From positions 1,708,081 through 1,772,080 of the forward strand of contig OZ287696.1 of NCBI GenBank assembly GCA_965649825.1: DNA of 64,000 nucleotides, given 5' to 3'. The translations under genes and the position numbers were made by a program. This document shows positions 14,312 through 26,585 of the stretch, piece after piece. The stretch is from Penicillus capitatus (Eukaryota; Plantae; Chlorophyta). A model generated the notes under the pieces. That model saw nothing but the letters and a program-made list of their open reading frames with translations, had not been told where the DNA came from and searched no databases. The stretch's first letter is position 1. Each line of letters starts with the position of its first letter.

Positions 14312-14706
14312 CGCATGATACATGTGTCGCCTGTAAAAGCTCTGGACCTACATAAACAGATAACCATGTGAACGACGCTCGAATTGAAAACGCATGCTTG
14401 AGACGCATTCTGTTTTCATAACCTAACGAGAACTTTAACACGCTTTTCGACGATCGTTAAAACTGACGAGATGTTAAAGACAGTACTTAATAACGGGCAC
14501 AATGCTGTCATGAGTTTGGTGCTCAGTCGAGAAGCCTCAGTTTATCGTATCTCCAATGAAAACCGGATACTGTGCTTCCATAAGAGGGCGTTGGTTTGTT
14601 ATGAGATTTAAAGCTTTTGAAGAAACTGTGGAGATAGTGATTGGCAGTGGCAATGCGCCTGTCCTCTCAGATTACATCTGAAAATCCGTTCTTTATTATT
14701 TGAATA

Positions 14707-15113
14707 ATGAGTCCGCTGCGTGAGGCGGAGAAGCGGTTGGAAGAAGAGCTCTCCGACTGCGTGAAGAAGCACGGGACGTATTGGTTCGTGGGTCACTCTT
14801 TGTCAACGGTATTCGTTTCCTCCCGCGTACTTTGAACATTGTAGGGGGCATTCTACTGTCCGTGCCACTCAGCATCCGATACAAAGTACCTCCCATGCAC
14901 GCATGTTGCGCTTATGACGGATCTTTGACAGTCTTACAAACCGCTTTTCATTCTGGGAATCGGAGGAACGGCGTTGGATTTTATGTTCGGTACATTTCAC
15001 GCATTTCTGGAGGCGCGTGATGGGTGATTGTTCACTCAGGAGCGGCGAAGTGCGCTGAAGAGAGGCGCCTTCTTAACGAGTTTCGTCAGACGCACATGCA
15101 CAAAATTAACTGA
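14707..15113 (+). CDS. 85-aa hypothetical membrane microprotein, 4 exons (absent from the ORF track)
   Basis: Three phase-compatible GT-AG introns give MSPLREAEKRLEEELSDCVKKHGTYWFVGGILLSVPLSIRYKSYKPLFILGIGGTALDFMFGAAKCAEERRLLNEFRQTHMHKIN*, with two short hydrophobic segments. Confidence 0.7.
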
Positions 15114-15908
15114 GGGGGGTGCGAGCTCTGACGCAGAACTATTGTAGAGAGCACTTACAATCGCGTCGCGACAAAACTGATCAAAAGACTGACCCATTTG
15201 CCCCGTGCGCTATTCGCAACCTTTCCAACGAGATTCACTCCGACAAGAAAGATGACATCGTCAAACAGGTTCCAAATCTCAGTACGCCAAGGTGAAGATC
15301 AATTCGAGTGTCTTGCTATGATACCACGAGTGAGAATTGGCATCTGGTAATGGCGTTGCATCGTAATGATGAAGTCATAAATTCGCACGATTCACCATTG
15401 GGCGGACTTTTTATTTCTCCAGTGTGATCGACGTCTCATATCATCGTTTTTTCCTATCGATACCTGTATGGCGAGCGTAGAGTTGCTTCGAGTCAAATGA
15501 TGTGAGCAACAAGGACAAGTTTGTAAGTAGGATTCTGCATTCATAGATTTCGAATGATCGCATCTGTTCTTGTTTCTTCCATTTCTGCAAAGTTTACGAG
15601 ATTGCTGATTGCGATGTCAGTTGACGACCTCCTTAAGGTAAACAACAGTTTATCCGATTGCGCAAAACCTTGGTCGTGGACATGATCCAGAAGTCGGGGC
15701 TGCAAGAGGTCGACAGTCAACGTACCGTGCACCGACTAACTACAAGACTTATCAATGCATGCAGTATCCAGATCACCTGTCTTCATCGAATACGATAAAA
15801 ATACAACGAAAGGCATGCAGTCGTGTTGTCTCCAAACCGTATACTGTTTGTCGATGCAACGAACATAGCATTCTAGAAATCTACCACTCTGTCGCACAGA
15901 AACGGGAA

Positions 15909-17387
15909 TCAGGTATCCACGTCGACGTGATGACGTCTGTCTTTGTGATACGTGAAATGCAATCCAGTATAAAAGATAAAACATAACGTCCAAGGGACGA
16001 CAGAGAACCAGGTGAGTGCTTTCGACAGTGCTTCGGCCTTTTCCAAATTTTCTGTCACATCATCTGTCGATGTCGCCTCTCCTTCGAACCCCCAGATGCG
16101 TTCCGCAGCCAGTCCAGTTAAGTAACTCACAGGCGACGCTAGCGCATCCTCCAGACACCGATCCAAGGAATAGATGATATTGCGTGCGTTGGGATGAACG
16201 ATCTCAGCAAATATGGGACTGTTACATGCAGAGGCTGCCCAGCTGATCAGTATCCCTGTTGAAAAGAGCACCAATGCGTAGAGCGCAGCGCTTGAGTGGT
16301 CTCCATTTCTGGGCAGTCCATTGAAAATGAGCACCATCATAGGAATGCCAGAGGCAACGCTAAACTGACAGGCAGCGATGCGTCCATGGTTTGGCGAGAG
16401 GAGTGATGCTCTGTCGCCGATGGCCCCTCCAATCCAACACCCTCCAGCATTACCCAGCAAAAATACTGAAGCAAGGACTGCCGCCTGAATATCTGACATG
16501 CCGATCAGTTGCAGGTAGAGGGTCATAAACGAAGCAAGAGCTTTCCAGGGCATCGATCCAACGACCCCTTGCAGAATAATGAGACGGAACGTCGGAATCT
16601 GAAAAACCGCCAGGATTGTAGCCCGGATGTCGACCCATGATCTGCACGAAGAACTCTCGCCTTCATCACTCTTCATCCCCCTGATGAGTTTCTGTTCTTC
16701 TTCAGTCGTCCCCTGAAGCTTCGAACGTGTCTCCTGGTCGCGTGGATCGCGCGCGTAGTGAATGTTCAGCCAACCAATGGTTCCACTCAGACAGGAAAGC
16801 GTGAACATCACGAGTTGCCATCCGCGCAATGCGTGACTGTTCCAGCCTGACAGGCTAGTGGCAAAGAGGCTGCCAAACATGGCACCCACGCTCCCGCTCA
16901 ACATCCAGAGGCCAAAGGCACGACCCCGTGTATCTGCTGTGTAATAGTCTGCGATGACGCTTTGTGAGTTGGGAATGACAAGGGAGAGGCCGAGTCCGTT
17001 CAGTGCCCAGGCGATGGCTCCCATCACAAATGGGTTTGGTGCCCATCGCGAAATCCCAAACAACCACGTCATTGTTGCCCATATAAGGCAACCCGTCAGA
17101 ATCACGCGGATGCGATTTGTCATGCTTCCTGGAAGGAATGTGACCTCTTTAAGAACAGCAGCATACAGGAGACACTCACCCAGCACTCCTCCGACCGGAG
17201 ACGTCAGCGCCTGAGTAAGGCCGCGGCAGACGGTGATGGCTCCCATCTCGCTGGGAGAGGCATGGAAGTCTTTCGAGATGTACTTATACATCGCAGGAAG
17301 CAAGGACTCATCGGCCCTTTCGAAGATGCCTGTCAAGTTGATGACGAACGCACTCCTCGTGCGTATTTGCAAAAACGTCAGAGCCAT
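15909..17387 (-). CDS. Major facilitator superfamily transporter (Spinster-like, plant/algal type)
   Basis: About 12 TM segments; ERADESLLP, SVIADYY..TRGRAFG and AIGDRAS motifs. One in-frame 51-nt GTGAGT..CCAG intron lies inside the 492-aa ORF. Confidence 0.88.
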   Translation of the reverse strand: MALTFLQIRTRSAFVINLTGIFERADESLLPAMYKYISKDFHASPSEMGAITVCRGLTQALTSPVGGVLGECLLYAAVLKEVTFLPGSMTNRIRVILTGCLIWATMTWLFGISRWAPNPFVMGAIAWALNGLGLSLVIPNSQSVIADYYTADTRGRAFGLWMLSGSVGAMFGSLFATSLSGWNSHALRGWQLVMFTLSCLSGTIGWLNIHYARDPRDQETRSKLQGTTEEEQKLIRGMKSDEGESSSCRSWVDIRATILAVFQIPTFRLIILQGVVGSMPWKALASFMTLYLQLIGMSDIQAAVLASVFLLGNAGGCWIGGAIGDRASLLSPNHGRIAACQFSVASGIPMMVLIFNGLPRNGDHSSAALYALVLFSTGILISWAASACNSPIFAEIVHPNARNIIYSLDRCLEDALASPVSYLTGLAAERIWGFEGEATSTDDVTENLEKAEALSKALTWFSVVPWTLCFIFYTGLHFTYHKDRRHHVDVDT

Positions 17388-19556
17388 GAACGGACTTTAA
17401 GAGTAATTAGGTAGGCAAATATGGAGCATTCGCGTTTGCAGCCGCGTCTCTGTTTGAGGGTAGTCGCTGCGAAGATGTGACTCTTTCGGGCGAACGACTA
17501 TCTGATTTGACACGAACTGTACTGAATTGATAATCAATAAGTGTCGAGCAAACGTGCGAGATTCTTCGAATAGTCGCAATGCGTGTTTGGTTGGTCGCAG
17601 TGGGCAGATTGAGCTGCTTCTCTTTCGTCCCTGCGACGCGTGAGAAACGTAGAAACACAGTCGGCATTCAGGCGGAGTGTTCCGGCTCAACCACCAGCTG
17701 TAGCGAGACTGTCTAAGGAGTGGACTAACCGACGTCGAAGCTCCGAGGATCGTCGGATCCCTCCAAACTCCCTGCCACTTCGGAGATGACACACATTCTC
17801 TTTGTCATATCGAACAAAACCAGTGCTGTCAACTGCTCAACGTGGATCCACAAGTGATCGATCAATAAGTAACTTTCTTGCATTGCAAATCTTGATCGAC
17901 ACAGTCGGTACAGAATTCGACGAACAGATGCGGGAGGCGAGTCTTCAGATCGCACTGGCACAACCATTACCACCGTTGCAGATCCAATAACCACCAAGTC
18001 GCCGTCGAGCCATCGAGAGCGACTGTTGGATGACTTTCTCGCGGCATCCTCATACCCGTGGCGATGTTCATGAAACATAACCAGAAGTTCGCATCTGTGA
18101 GGACGGAAAGATGGACCACCCCGAACCACATAGTGTCTAAAGACGCATTCTTTCGCGAGTATCTCGTGTTCTTGCGCTACGTTCGGGAGCGTTTTGCGCC
18201 GCTGTGTGCGTTATCCTTGACGGAGTTTTCTCGCGTTGTTGCGAAGATTCACGACACGAAGACGGCTAGCCAAAGCCTTCCGTGGCATCAAACAAGCCTA
18301 CAACAAAGTGGACAGGGACCTCCAACTGCACCGTCTAAATACCCTGCAAACCCTTAGTCGAGTTGTTAGGCTCATTTCCTCCTTTCTGCAGGCACCGAGC
18401 CTATCCATAGTGATCCGATAACACAAGCACACACACGAAGTTCGGCTGGATGTCCCCACAAGGAAGCTGTTCACCTTAATCCCTGTTACTCGCTGTATCG
18501 ACACGGCGACCGGAACAGGTGCGAAGATCATTCAGAAACTGTTTATTATACGCGGACGATTGCAAACTCAATCGAAGGCTGGACCGAAGAAATGAAGGAA
18601 AACTAGAGTCGTATAGAGCACTTATGAGAGAAGGGAAATAGGCGCCCAGATGGAGATGAGCCTCAATTCGTCTGAGACTACTGCGATTCGTTTCAGAGTC
18701 TTATAAAGGTCCATTTAATGACGTTGCACCTTCTAGGATGACTTCCCCGAACAACAGACCATTCGTTGTTTAAGCCTTCAATGTTACAAGAAACTCAATT
18801 CTCGACAACATTGTAAGACAAAAAAGCCGCACCGGGAGATTAACTCAGATCAAACGCATCGGTTCCGAGAGCTGGGCTCGTTTCTAATCGTCGCCAGACC
18901 GATAGTTTGTCGAGCAATGATTAAGGCTTTCTACACGGACACGCGACCTGGAATGGGATTCGAAGACATACAAACGAGAAGATGAAACCTGTTATACAGG
19001 TGTATCCGGCAGAAAGTCTACTTAATAGCGACTAGCTTCGTACAAAGTCCATCGTCTCATCTCTAGTCCCAGTGGGCCTAGATCCCTTAGAACTAAATAT
19101 GCGATACTGGCAATGCGAAGGTCCACGTACGTCCCGTTGATGGCTCAAGCTTTCCACAGCTCCTAGAACATCTCGCTACTCCTCCCCGCTCTAAGCAAGG
19201 ACTCGACTTTGACAAATCGTTTATGTACGGCGCCGATGGTTCGTCCGTTGAAGCGTTCGACGGCTTTAAAGCACTGATAAGATCAACATGGGGGTGACTG
19301 TATATACACACAGCACCATCCACATTCTGTTTTTTGTTTCCCTGTGAGGTACCTTTGCTGCCATCACTGTTCGTGTCTCTTTGTCGTCAGGGGGGTGCGC
19401 GAGACAAGGCTGAACACGAACGGGAAACTCTGGACAGTCGGCGGATCACAACCCGAGTCGCAGAGTTTCTTCTAATGGAAGTCGCGGCATGGCGCGCTTT
19501 TATGGAGGGCATCATGGCAAAGGTCGCCGAACTTAATCTGGACTTCTCAACACGCT
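16613..19556 (+). repeat. Segmental duplication, copy 1 (MFS 5' two-thirds, LINE relic, MBOAT 5' end)
   Basis: Colinear with 45930-49756 once four inserts are removed from copy 2. Left boundary is approximate. Confidence 0.92.
17750..18900 (+). mobile_element. Ancient degenerate LINE reverse-transcriptase relic
   Basis: Broken frames contain IKQAYNKVDRDLQLHRL...VVRLISSFL (RT3), SPQGSCSP*SLLL (PQG motif), NCLLYADDCKL (YADD) and MEMSLNSSETTAIRF. Boundaries are approximate. Confidence 0.85.
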
Positions 19557-20792
19557 TTTTTGTTTTTGTCGCTGCGCACTTTGTCCTGTATATCTGGATG
19601 CGCTATGTGGTGGCGCCGGCACCTCCTGGTTGGTCGCGAGGAGTGCGAGCAATGGTTATGGCTCCCGTCCTGGGGGTCACGTGCGTCTTGTTCGACGCAA
19701 AGAAGAATGAGGAAGCCACCGCAGCAGTGTACAGCATTCTTGGCTTCCTGTGCATGGCACTGGCAAGGATCATCTCATTTTGCATGAATCGGGGACCGAT
19801 CGTCAAGGCGTACGACAGCAAGAGCACACTCGCTTTCGTTCTCAGTCTCCTATTCTCGGTCTCCGTCGCCTTCGATGAAAAGAAGGTGACAGATAAGAAC
19901 GAGGAGAAGGCGACTGAGCCGCATGCCTACAAAGATGCTCGTTTCTCTGTTCTTCGCTTCAAAAAGACTGAGCGCTGGATGCGAGTGACGATACTGCTTT
20001 TCCAGACGATCGTGAAAGTACATTAATTTCTCTTTCTTTTTGCTCCCAACTCATTCCTGCCTTCGTCATCAGACCATGTCAATCTTGACTCTGAGGCGCG
20101 GTGCACAATACTTTCACGGATATGGACACGATTTTCTGAGAAACGTGTGCATCGGATGGTTCCTCTACGCATATGCGTCTGCAATTGAAGATACGATCGG
20201 TCTGATCTTGCTCCTTACGGCCAATGTGAAGATAAACCACAACTTCGACCGCCCATGGCTCTCCCAGTCCGTCAGAGAACTCTGGTCTCGTCGATGGAAC
20301 ATCCTTGTCTCTGAAATGCTGAGAGGTCTGAGTTACGAACCGGTCTGCGAAGGTAAGGCCTCTTCTGGTTACGCCATGTGTTACTTACGAATCTGGACAG
20401 GTTGCTGGGTGCGTGGATCAAAGTACTTTGAGAGGAAAAAGCCGTCGGGACTGCGCAGATCCATGGCTCTGATCGCAACGTTCATCGCCAGCAGCTTCTT
20501 TCACATCGGCTTTCTCCTGTTCGTATCTCCCTTTCGAGTCTGCCTCTCACACGGATTCTTCTTTGTGGCGAATGGCCTCGTCATCTTTCTCGAGGATGTC
20601 GTCAAATTCTTCGTGTCGAGGCAGAAAGGGGGACTTGCGTTATCCAGAAGCATTCCGAAGCTGTTCTGGCAGATCTATGCTGTTTCCACCGTTACTGTGT
20701 TGGGTCATTTCTTTTTCTGTCCGGAATTTGTAGAATTCGGATATGCGGACATCATGATGAACGCAGACCTTTCCTCTCCGCCACGCAATTAA
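19475..20792 (+). CDS. MBOAT_2 family wax-ester/sterol O-acyltransferase, multi-exon
   Basis: HNFDRPWLSQSVRELWSRRWNILVSEMLR..YEPV and TFIASSFFH motifs of plant-type wax synthases; multiple TM segments. Confidence 0.85.
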
Positions 20793-22667
20793 CTGTCTGT
20801 TCATCCACTTGCTTAATCTGTCTTCATGCTGGGTTACATGTTTTCGATGGTATGCCTCATTCGATCTCGATGCATGCAAGTCCTCCGAACAGTTGCATCT
20901 TCTGGGTCATTCATTCCGTCATTATCATTATCTTGTGCCTCTTTATAATACCTCTCTGTATGCCGTACTATCGATCGCAAAACTGTTTGTTGCTCTGAAG
21001 CGCCTCGCTTAAAGATGCTCTGTAGACAATGTGAACGTCCAACAATCGTGCGCGACCACCGGGAGCGATTGATGTCGGAATAACCACCGCAGAGCGCTGA
21101 CCATCGGTCGCGACAATGTCGGCTTTCAAACCCGTCCCTCAATAACCATAGGGCTGTGGCCAGCGAACATGACCTGAAGTTTGCTGCTGTTAGGCCTAGA
21201 GGTTGGCGGAACCTTAACCATTAGGGGTATTTAAAGGCCAACATTCCTTGTAAGACAACTCGTGTTCGTATCTTAAGAATCCGACTGCGTTTCTGTCTGT
21301 TCGTTGCGCGAAGTGTCGACTCGTATCGAAACCAATCCTTACATCGATCTCCAACATGCCCAGGTTTGCAGACAGTTTTGCGTCGCAGAATTTTGTCGAC
21401 GCACACAACTAACTTTTCGTAAAGAGCTGAGGGAAGAGATAGATAGTGCCTAAGACCATCTCGAGTTAAATGGTCGGAAGAGATAGCTGTCCTCTGATGA
21501 CATCGAACCGTCCAGTGGAGTTGACAATATATCGAACAAACGGTCTCTTCTTCACATGGCAGTGTCTGCCATCGGACTGCATCGGTAGTAGTGATATGTC
21601 AAGAATCCTGCATTCAATTCGAGATCGAATCGAGATCGAATTTCCGAGAAATGTCAGTCAACACCATCAGCGCTTTTCACACGGGCAAAATACTACCGCT
21701 GTTAGCGTTTTAACATCCATCGGTGAAATACCGTATTGACAAACGCTGCGCCTCTACCCTCAGTACCCATGATAAAAGTGGTCTAGATAGACTACTATGT
21801 CCACTGAAAAGGTAACTGTCAAACAAGACGAATGGGGTGACAGTTTTAAGATGTTCCGACAAGGTTGAATCTGTCAAAGAAAAAGGGCAGGACAGACAAA
21901 GGAGGGGCCTTCTGAACCTGCGTTCCCAGCGAGAGTAAACCAGATTATGCGTGTTCACGCCGAGTGTAGAAGATCTAAAATGTTAGGATACATCTCCTAG
22001 AAACGCCCCCGATCGCGGTGACAAGGTTATTTCATTTTGTTATGGTCACAAAGTTGCATTGCGTCTGAACCGTCGGTGTGCACCACTAGTTTTTGCTGCT
22101 GTTTGTTCAAAGCGTGCTCCACAGTAACAGGCGACTGGATCAGGTATGCCCCTGAGTTCTCCGACATCAATGCCCTTTTCTGCTTCTACACCTTTCTGGC
22201 AGAGATCAGTCAGATCATTAACGGTGGAAGCTGCGCGAAGCTCTGATGTTTCCTTCTTCTTGCATAAGTCTTCGATCATATTCCGTGCATCTTTTCGGTC
22301 ACGTCATGATACACCGTTTCTTCTTCATATCTGATCATGTCGCCCTTTTTTGGTGCTTACTCGATTCTGCTGCTTTTTCCGCTTTATTGCTCCTCATTTT
22401 TATGTGCCGCTTCAATGAATTGATCAATTCTCTCACAAAACTCCTTCTCCGACCGGAGATATCCGAGCGATCTGAGGGCTATTGATTGTACGTCCTTGTT
22501 TGTTCCTTTCCTTTGCTGCCTTTCTCGATCAGGGGAAATGTTTTTCCGATGCTACCGGAATGCAGTGTACACTGTCAGACGCCACTGCCATCAACGGGCG
22601 ATTTTGACGGACTCGTCCTCGTACGTTGTGTCGATTGATTGCGTCATTTCGAAGGACATCTTTGATC

Positions 22668-25601
22668 ATGGCGAACTCCGAGAGGACGAAACCTCTAGGT
22701 CTGAAGATAACGCTCGGTTCCAAGACCTTCAGTTCACGAGAAGCAAGTGCCAAAAACGTGGCTCCCTCTTCTTCCGCAAAGGTCCTCCATCACCTCGCAC
22801 TGCCTTTCAGCATCGCGGATGCGATTTCTCGCAGTCCTCTTCGAGCGAAGGCTCAAAACGACAGAAGCAGACGTCGACGACGCCCCGAGAAGAACCTTTA
22901 TCGCACCCTTCAGAAGGCATCTTCAGCAATTTCGTCCCTCGAATAGAAAACAAAGCACAGCAGCGAACCGGGAAAGACTATTCAGATCTGGAACTCAAAT
23001 CAGATGCAGAGAACAGGTGTAGCAATGCAGATATTGAGAGAGAACTGAATGTTTGCGCACAGGCCGTTGTGGGTATGTCCAGACGGTCGAATATTCTTCG
23101 AGACCTTTTCGCCAATTTACAAGCAGGCCTACGACTTCCTTATCGCTGTGGCTGAGCCACAGTCTCGACCCGAGACCATCCACGAATACCAGTTGACACC
23201 TCACTCTCTTTACGCAGCCGTTTCTGTCGGAATCGAGACAGAAACGATCATCAAGATTCTGGAGAAGCTATCCAAAGTCCGTCTGACAAGCCAAATCAAA
23301 GACTTCATCAGAAAATCGACCGAGAATTATGGGAAAGTGTGTGCGATGATGCAGCACAGGATTGGTCTGCTGACGGATCGTGGAATTCCAGGTGAAATTG
23401 GTTTTGAAGCACAACAAGTTCTATGTGGAGAGCAAGAATCCGAAGCTCCTGATCAGTCTCATGCGCGATCCTGTCGTGAAGGAATGCGTCGAAACGACGA
23501 CGCTGACGGCGACGACGGCACTCAAAGAGCACGCAGCAGCAGACCTCACGAGGGAAGATGTCTACGAGCCTACGAAGAAAGACGACGACGTTCAGAACAA
23601 CGCATCCAATGTCGACGCCCAAATGGCAGAAGGGCCCTCCAATGACGATGTTCTAATGACAGAAGGACCGTCGTCTGAACAAGCCCATGCCTTCGAAGTC
23701 AAACCGGCGAAGGTGGACAGTCGTCAATGCGCTTCATCCATTGCAATGTCTTCTGGCTGGGCAGGTGGAGAAAGTGAAGCAGAGATGTCTGCCTGAGGGG
23801 TTGAACTATCCGATGCTGGAGGAATACGATTTCCGCAATGACAACGTCAATCCAGATCTCAAGGGCGAACTCAAACAAGACGTACAGCATCGACCGTATC
23901 AGCAGAAGAGTCTTAGCAAGATGTTTGGCAATGGCCGTGCGCGATCAGGCATCATCGTCTTGCCTTGTGGAGCCGGGAAAAGTCTGACAGGCATATCGGC
24001 AGCGATGCGTATCCGAAAGAGCTGTCTGGTGCTTTGCACGTCCTCTGTCTCCGTGGATCAGTGGAGATATCAGTTCAAACTATGGACGACCCTTCAGGCA
24101 AAGATAAACTCAATCGGGTGTCTTTCTCAATGCGTGGGTGGTTTAGGATCACCAGATCGCCCGATTCACATCCGAAAGGAAAGAGATCTACAAATCTATT
24201 GCCGGCGTCATGTTGACGACGTACAACATGATCGCATACAGCGGAAGACGATCCAAGGCATTGAGAAACGTCGTTCATTCCGTGCCAATTCGTTATCTGC
24301 GTACAGGAATCAGAGCATATCATGGATTTGATCTCCAACCGCGAATGGGGTGTTGTCATGCTTGACGAAGTGCACGTCGTCCCTGCACAGACGTTTCGAA
24401 AAGTGATGGGTATGATGATATCTAAGTATCGAAAGTCTGCGCCCTCAGGTTATTGGTATCATCAAAGCACACTGCAAGTTGGGTTTGACAGCGACATTGG
24501 TCCGCGAGGATGCACTGATTACGGATCTCAATTTCCTCATCGGTCCGAAACTCTACGAAGCTAATTGGCTCGATTTGACAAAAGATGGTCACATCGCAAA
24601 TGTTCAATGCGCAGAGGTCTGGTGCCCAATGACAAAAGAATTCTTCAGGTTGGCCACGACCGAATGTCGCAACATGTTATACTTTTGGTTTCCATTTCAG
24701 TGAGTATTTGAAGCAGGAGGACGCATCCAAGAGACATCTTCTGTACGTCATGAATCCGAACAAGTTCCGAGCCTGTCAGTTTTTGGTCGATTATCACGAA
24801 AGAGTTCGCGGAGATAAAGTCATCGTCTTTTCAGACAACATTTTTGCGTTGAGGAACTACGCCAAGGAACTGAAGAAACCGTTCATCTGCGGGCCGACGG
24901 CGCATGCTGAGCGAACAAAAATTCTGCACGCCTTCAAACACAACCCTGCAGTGGGAACTGTGTTCCTCTCCAAGGTATGTAAAGTCTTCTCTTGAATCTG
25001 CCTGACCATTGCGCATCAGGTGGGCGACAATTCCTTGGACATTCCCGAGGCGAATGTGCTCATTCAAATCTCTTCTCATGCCGGTTCCCGTCGTCAAGAA
25101 GCGCAGCGTCTAGGCCGCATTCTCAGACCTAAGAAGCAGCCGCCTGGAGTGTTTAAAGGACAGCAGTTCAATGCCTTCTTCTACACGCTGGTTTCGCGAG
25201 ATACGCAGGAAATGTACTTCTCTGCGAAGCGGCAGCAGTTTCTGATTGACCAGGGGTACAGCTTCAAGGTCATCACCGATCTGCTGGACCTGTCTGAGAA
25301 CAGTCACCTACACTTTTCAACGCAGGCCGAGCAGTTGAAGCTATTATCCAAAGTGCTGTCGGCCTGCAAAGACGTCGGGGGCATCGAATCGGGGATCGAT
25401 GCTGACGAACTGCATCCCAATACGTCTCAAGCGGATCACCATACCAAGCAAACGGGATCCATTTCGATGCTGACAGGAAGCCAGAACAATCGTTACACAG
25501 ATCCTTCTGCGAGTGAACAAGGTAATCGTCCTATTCGAAAACGTCCTGCGCAGAAGATGAGCGAGCACTCAAGAAAGCTCAAGAAGCTGATCTTCGACTA
25601 G
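22668..25601 (+). CDS. XPB: TFIIH XPB/ERCC3 helicase, multi-exon (5' exon approximate)
   Basis: [85 protein letters not shown]. Confidence 0.96.
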
Positions 25602-25649
25602 CATTGGTGATCTATCTATAGTTGTGCTGATAACAACAATCCAAAGCTG

Positions 25650-26567
25650 TTACATAAAATCCTCTTCGTAGTCCTCCACGCTTTTGTACTTTTCCGATAG
25701 AGTCTTGTTGGAAACCATATTCTCTTCCTATGATTGACAGATGATGGTCAAGTGCTGGAGGGGTAGAGACACCAAACCTGCATCAGGGATGTGTACGATC
25801 GCATCTCGGCATTCCGCTTCTCTTCATCCTTCTTGACCTTTTCTTCCTTCTTCTGCTGCATCAGTGCCGCTTTCTTCTGTGAACGAATCTTGGCGTCGTA
25901 TTCCTGGAACAGCCAATCATTGAGGCATGATGCAAAGAGGAGGAGGCAGAAGAGTAACTTCTCGATACCTCTTTCCGCGCTTTCAAGTCCACATGGACTT
26001 CCTTCTTAGTCCGATTGAGGCGATTCACGATCTCGTTGGACTTGGATACCGTGATATGCCGCACGTCTACCATATTGTGAAACCCAACCTACTCACAGTT
26101 CATCATACGCTCAAGATATCGAAGGATCTTCATTCTTACCGCTCCCGGAACCATGTCAGCTGTCTTTTGCAGATTGCTCCACGGCGTGTACACAACATTG
26201 ACGCTGGCTTTTTTGCATCCTATGAAGCCGAGTGGAGGGGTTGGATGATGATGAGTCATTGCTGCCTATGGTACCTTGGATAGAATTTGCCTTTACGAGA
26301 TGGGCACAGTCCTCGAGCGTTTCCTGAGGAATCTGATCGAACGTGACGCCCTCCGGTAAACGCAGATAGACGTGAGCAGACGACAGGTCCTCGACATGGA
26401 ACCTAGACTGCGTGTTCGGTGACCGAACCGACACATACGTCCAACCAGACGTCCGTCGGCAGGCCGTAGGCAATGAGGTCTTCATTTTCGTGCTTGTCTC
26501 GGCCCATATAGATCAGAAAGTCACCTGCCGCGCGTCGATAGCCTCGCGGTTCAAAGTGAAACACCAT
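25650..26567 (-). CDS. CCDC25: CCDC25 / NFACT-R domain protein, multi-exon
   Basis: MVFHFEP...[32 protein letters not shown]...LVKANSIQG and the conserved C-terminus YEEDFM-TAA. Confidence 0.9.
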
Positions 26568-26585
26568 CGTGCACAACGCCTTCCT

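Noticed and set aside
20800-22480. Short ORFs between MBOAT and XPB
   Set aside because: No recognisable motifs or coherent splice model.
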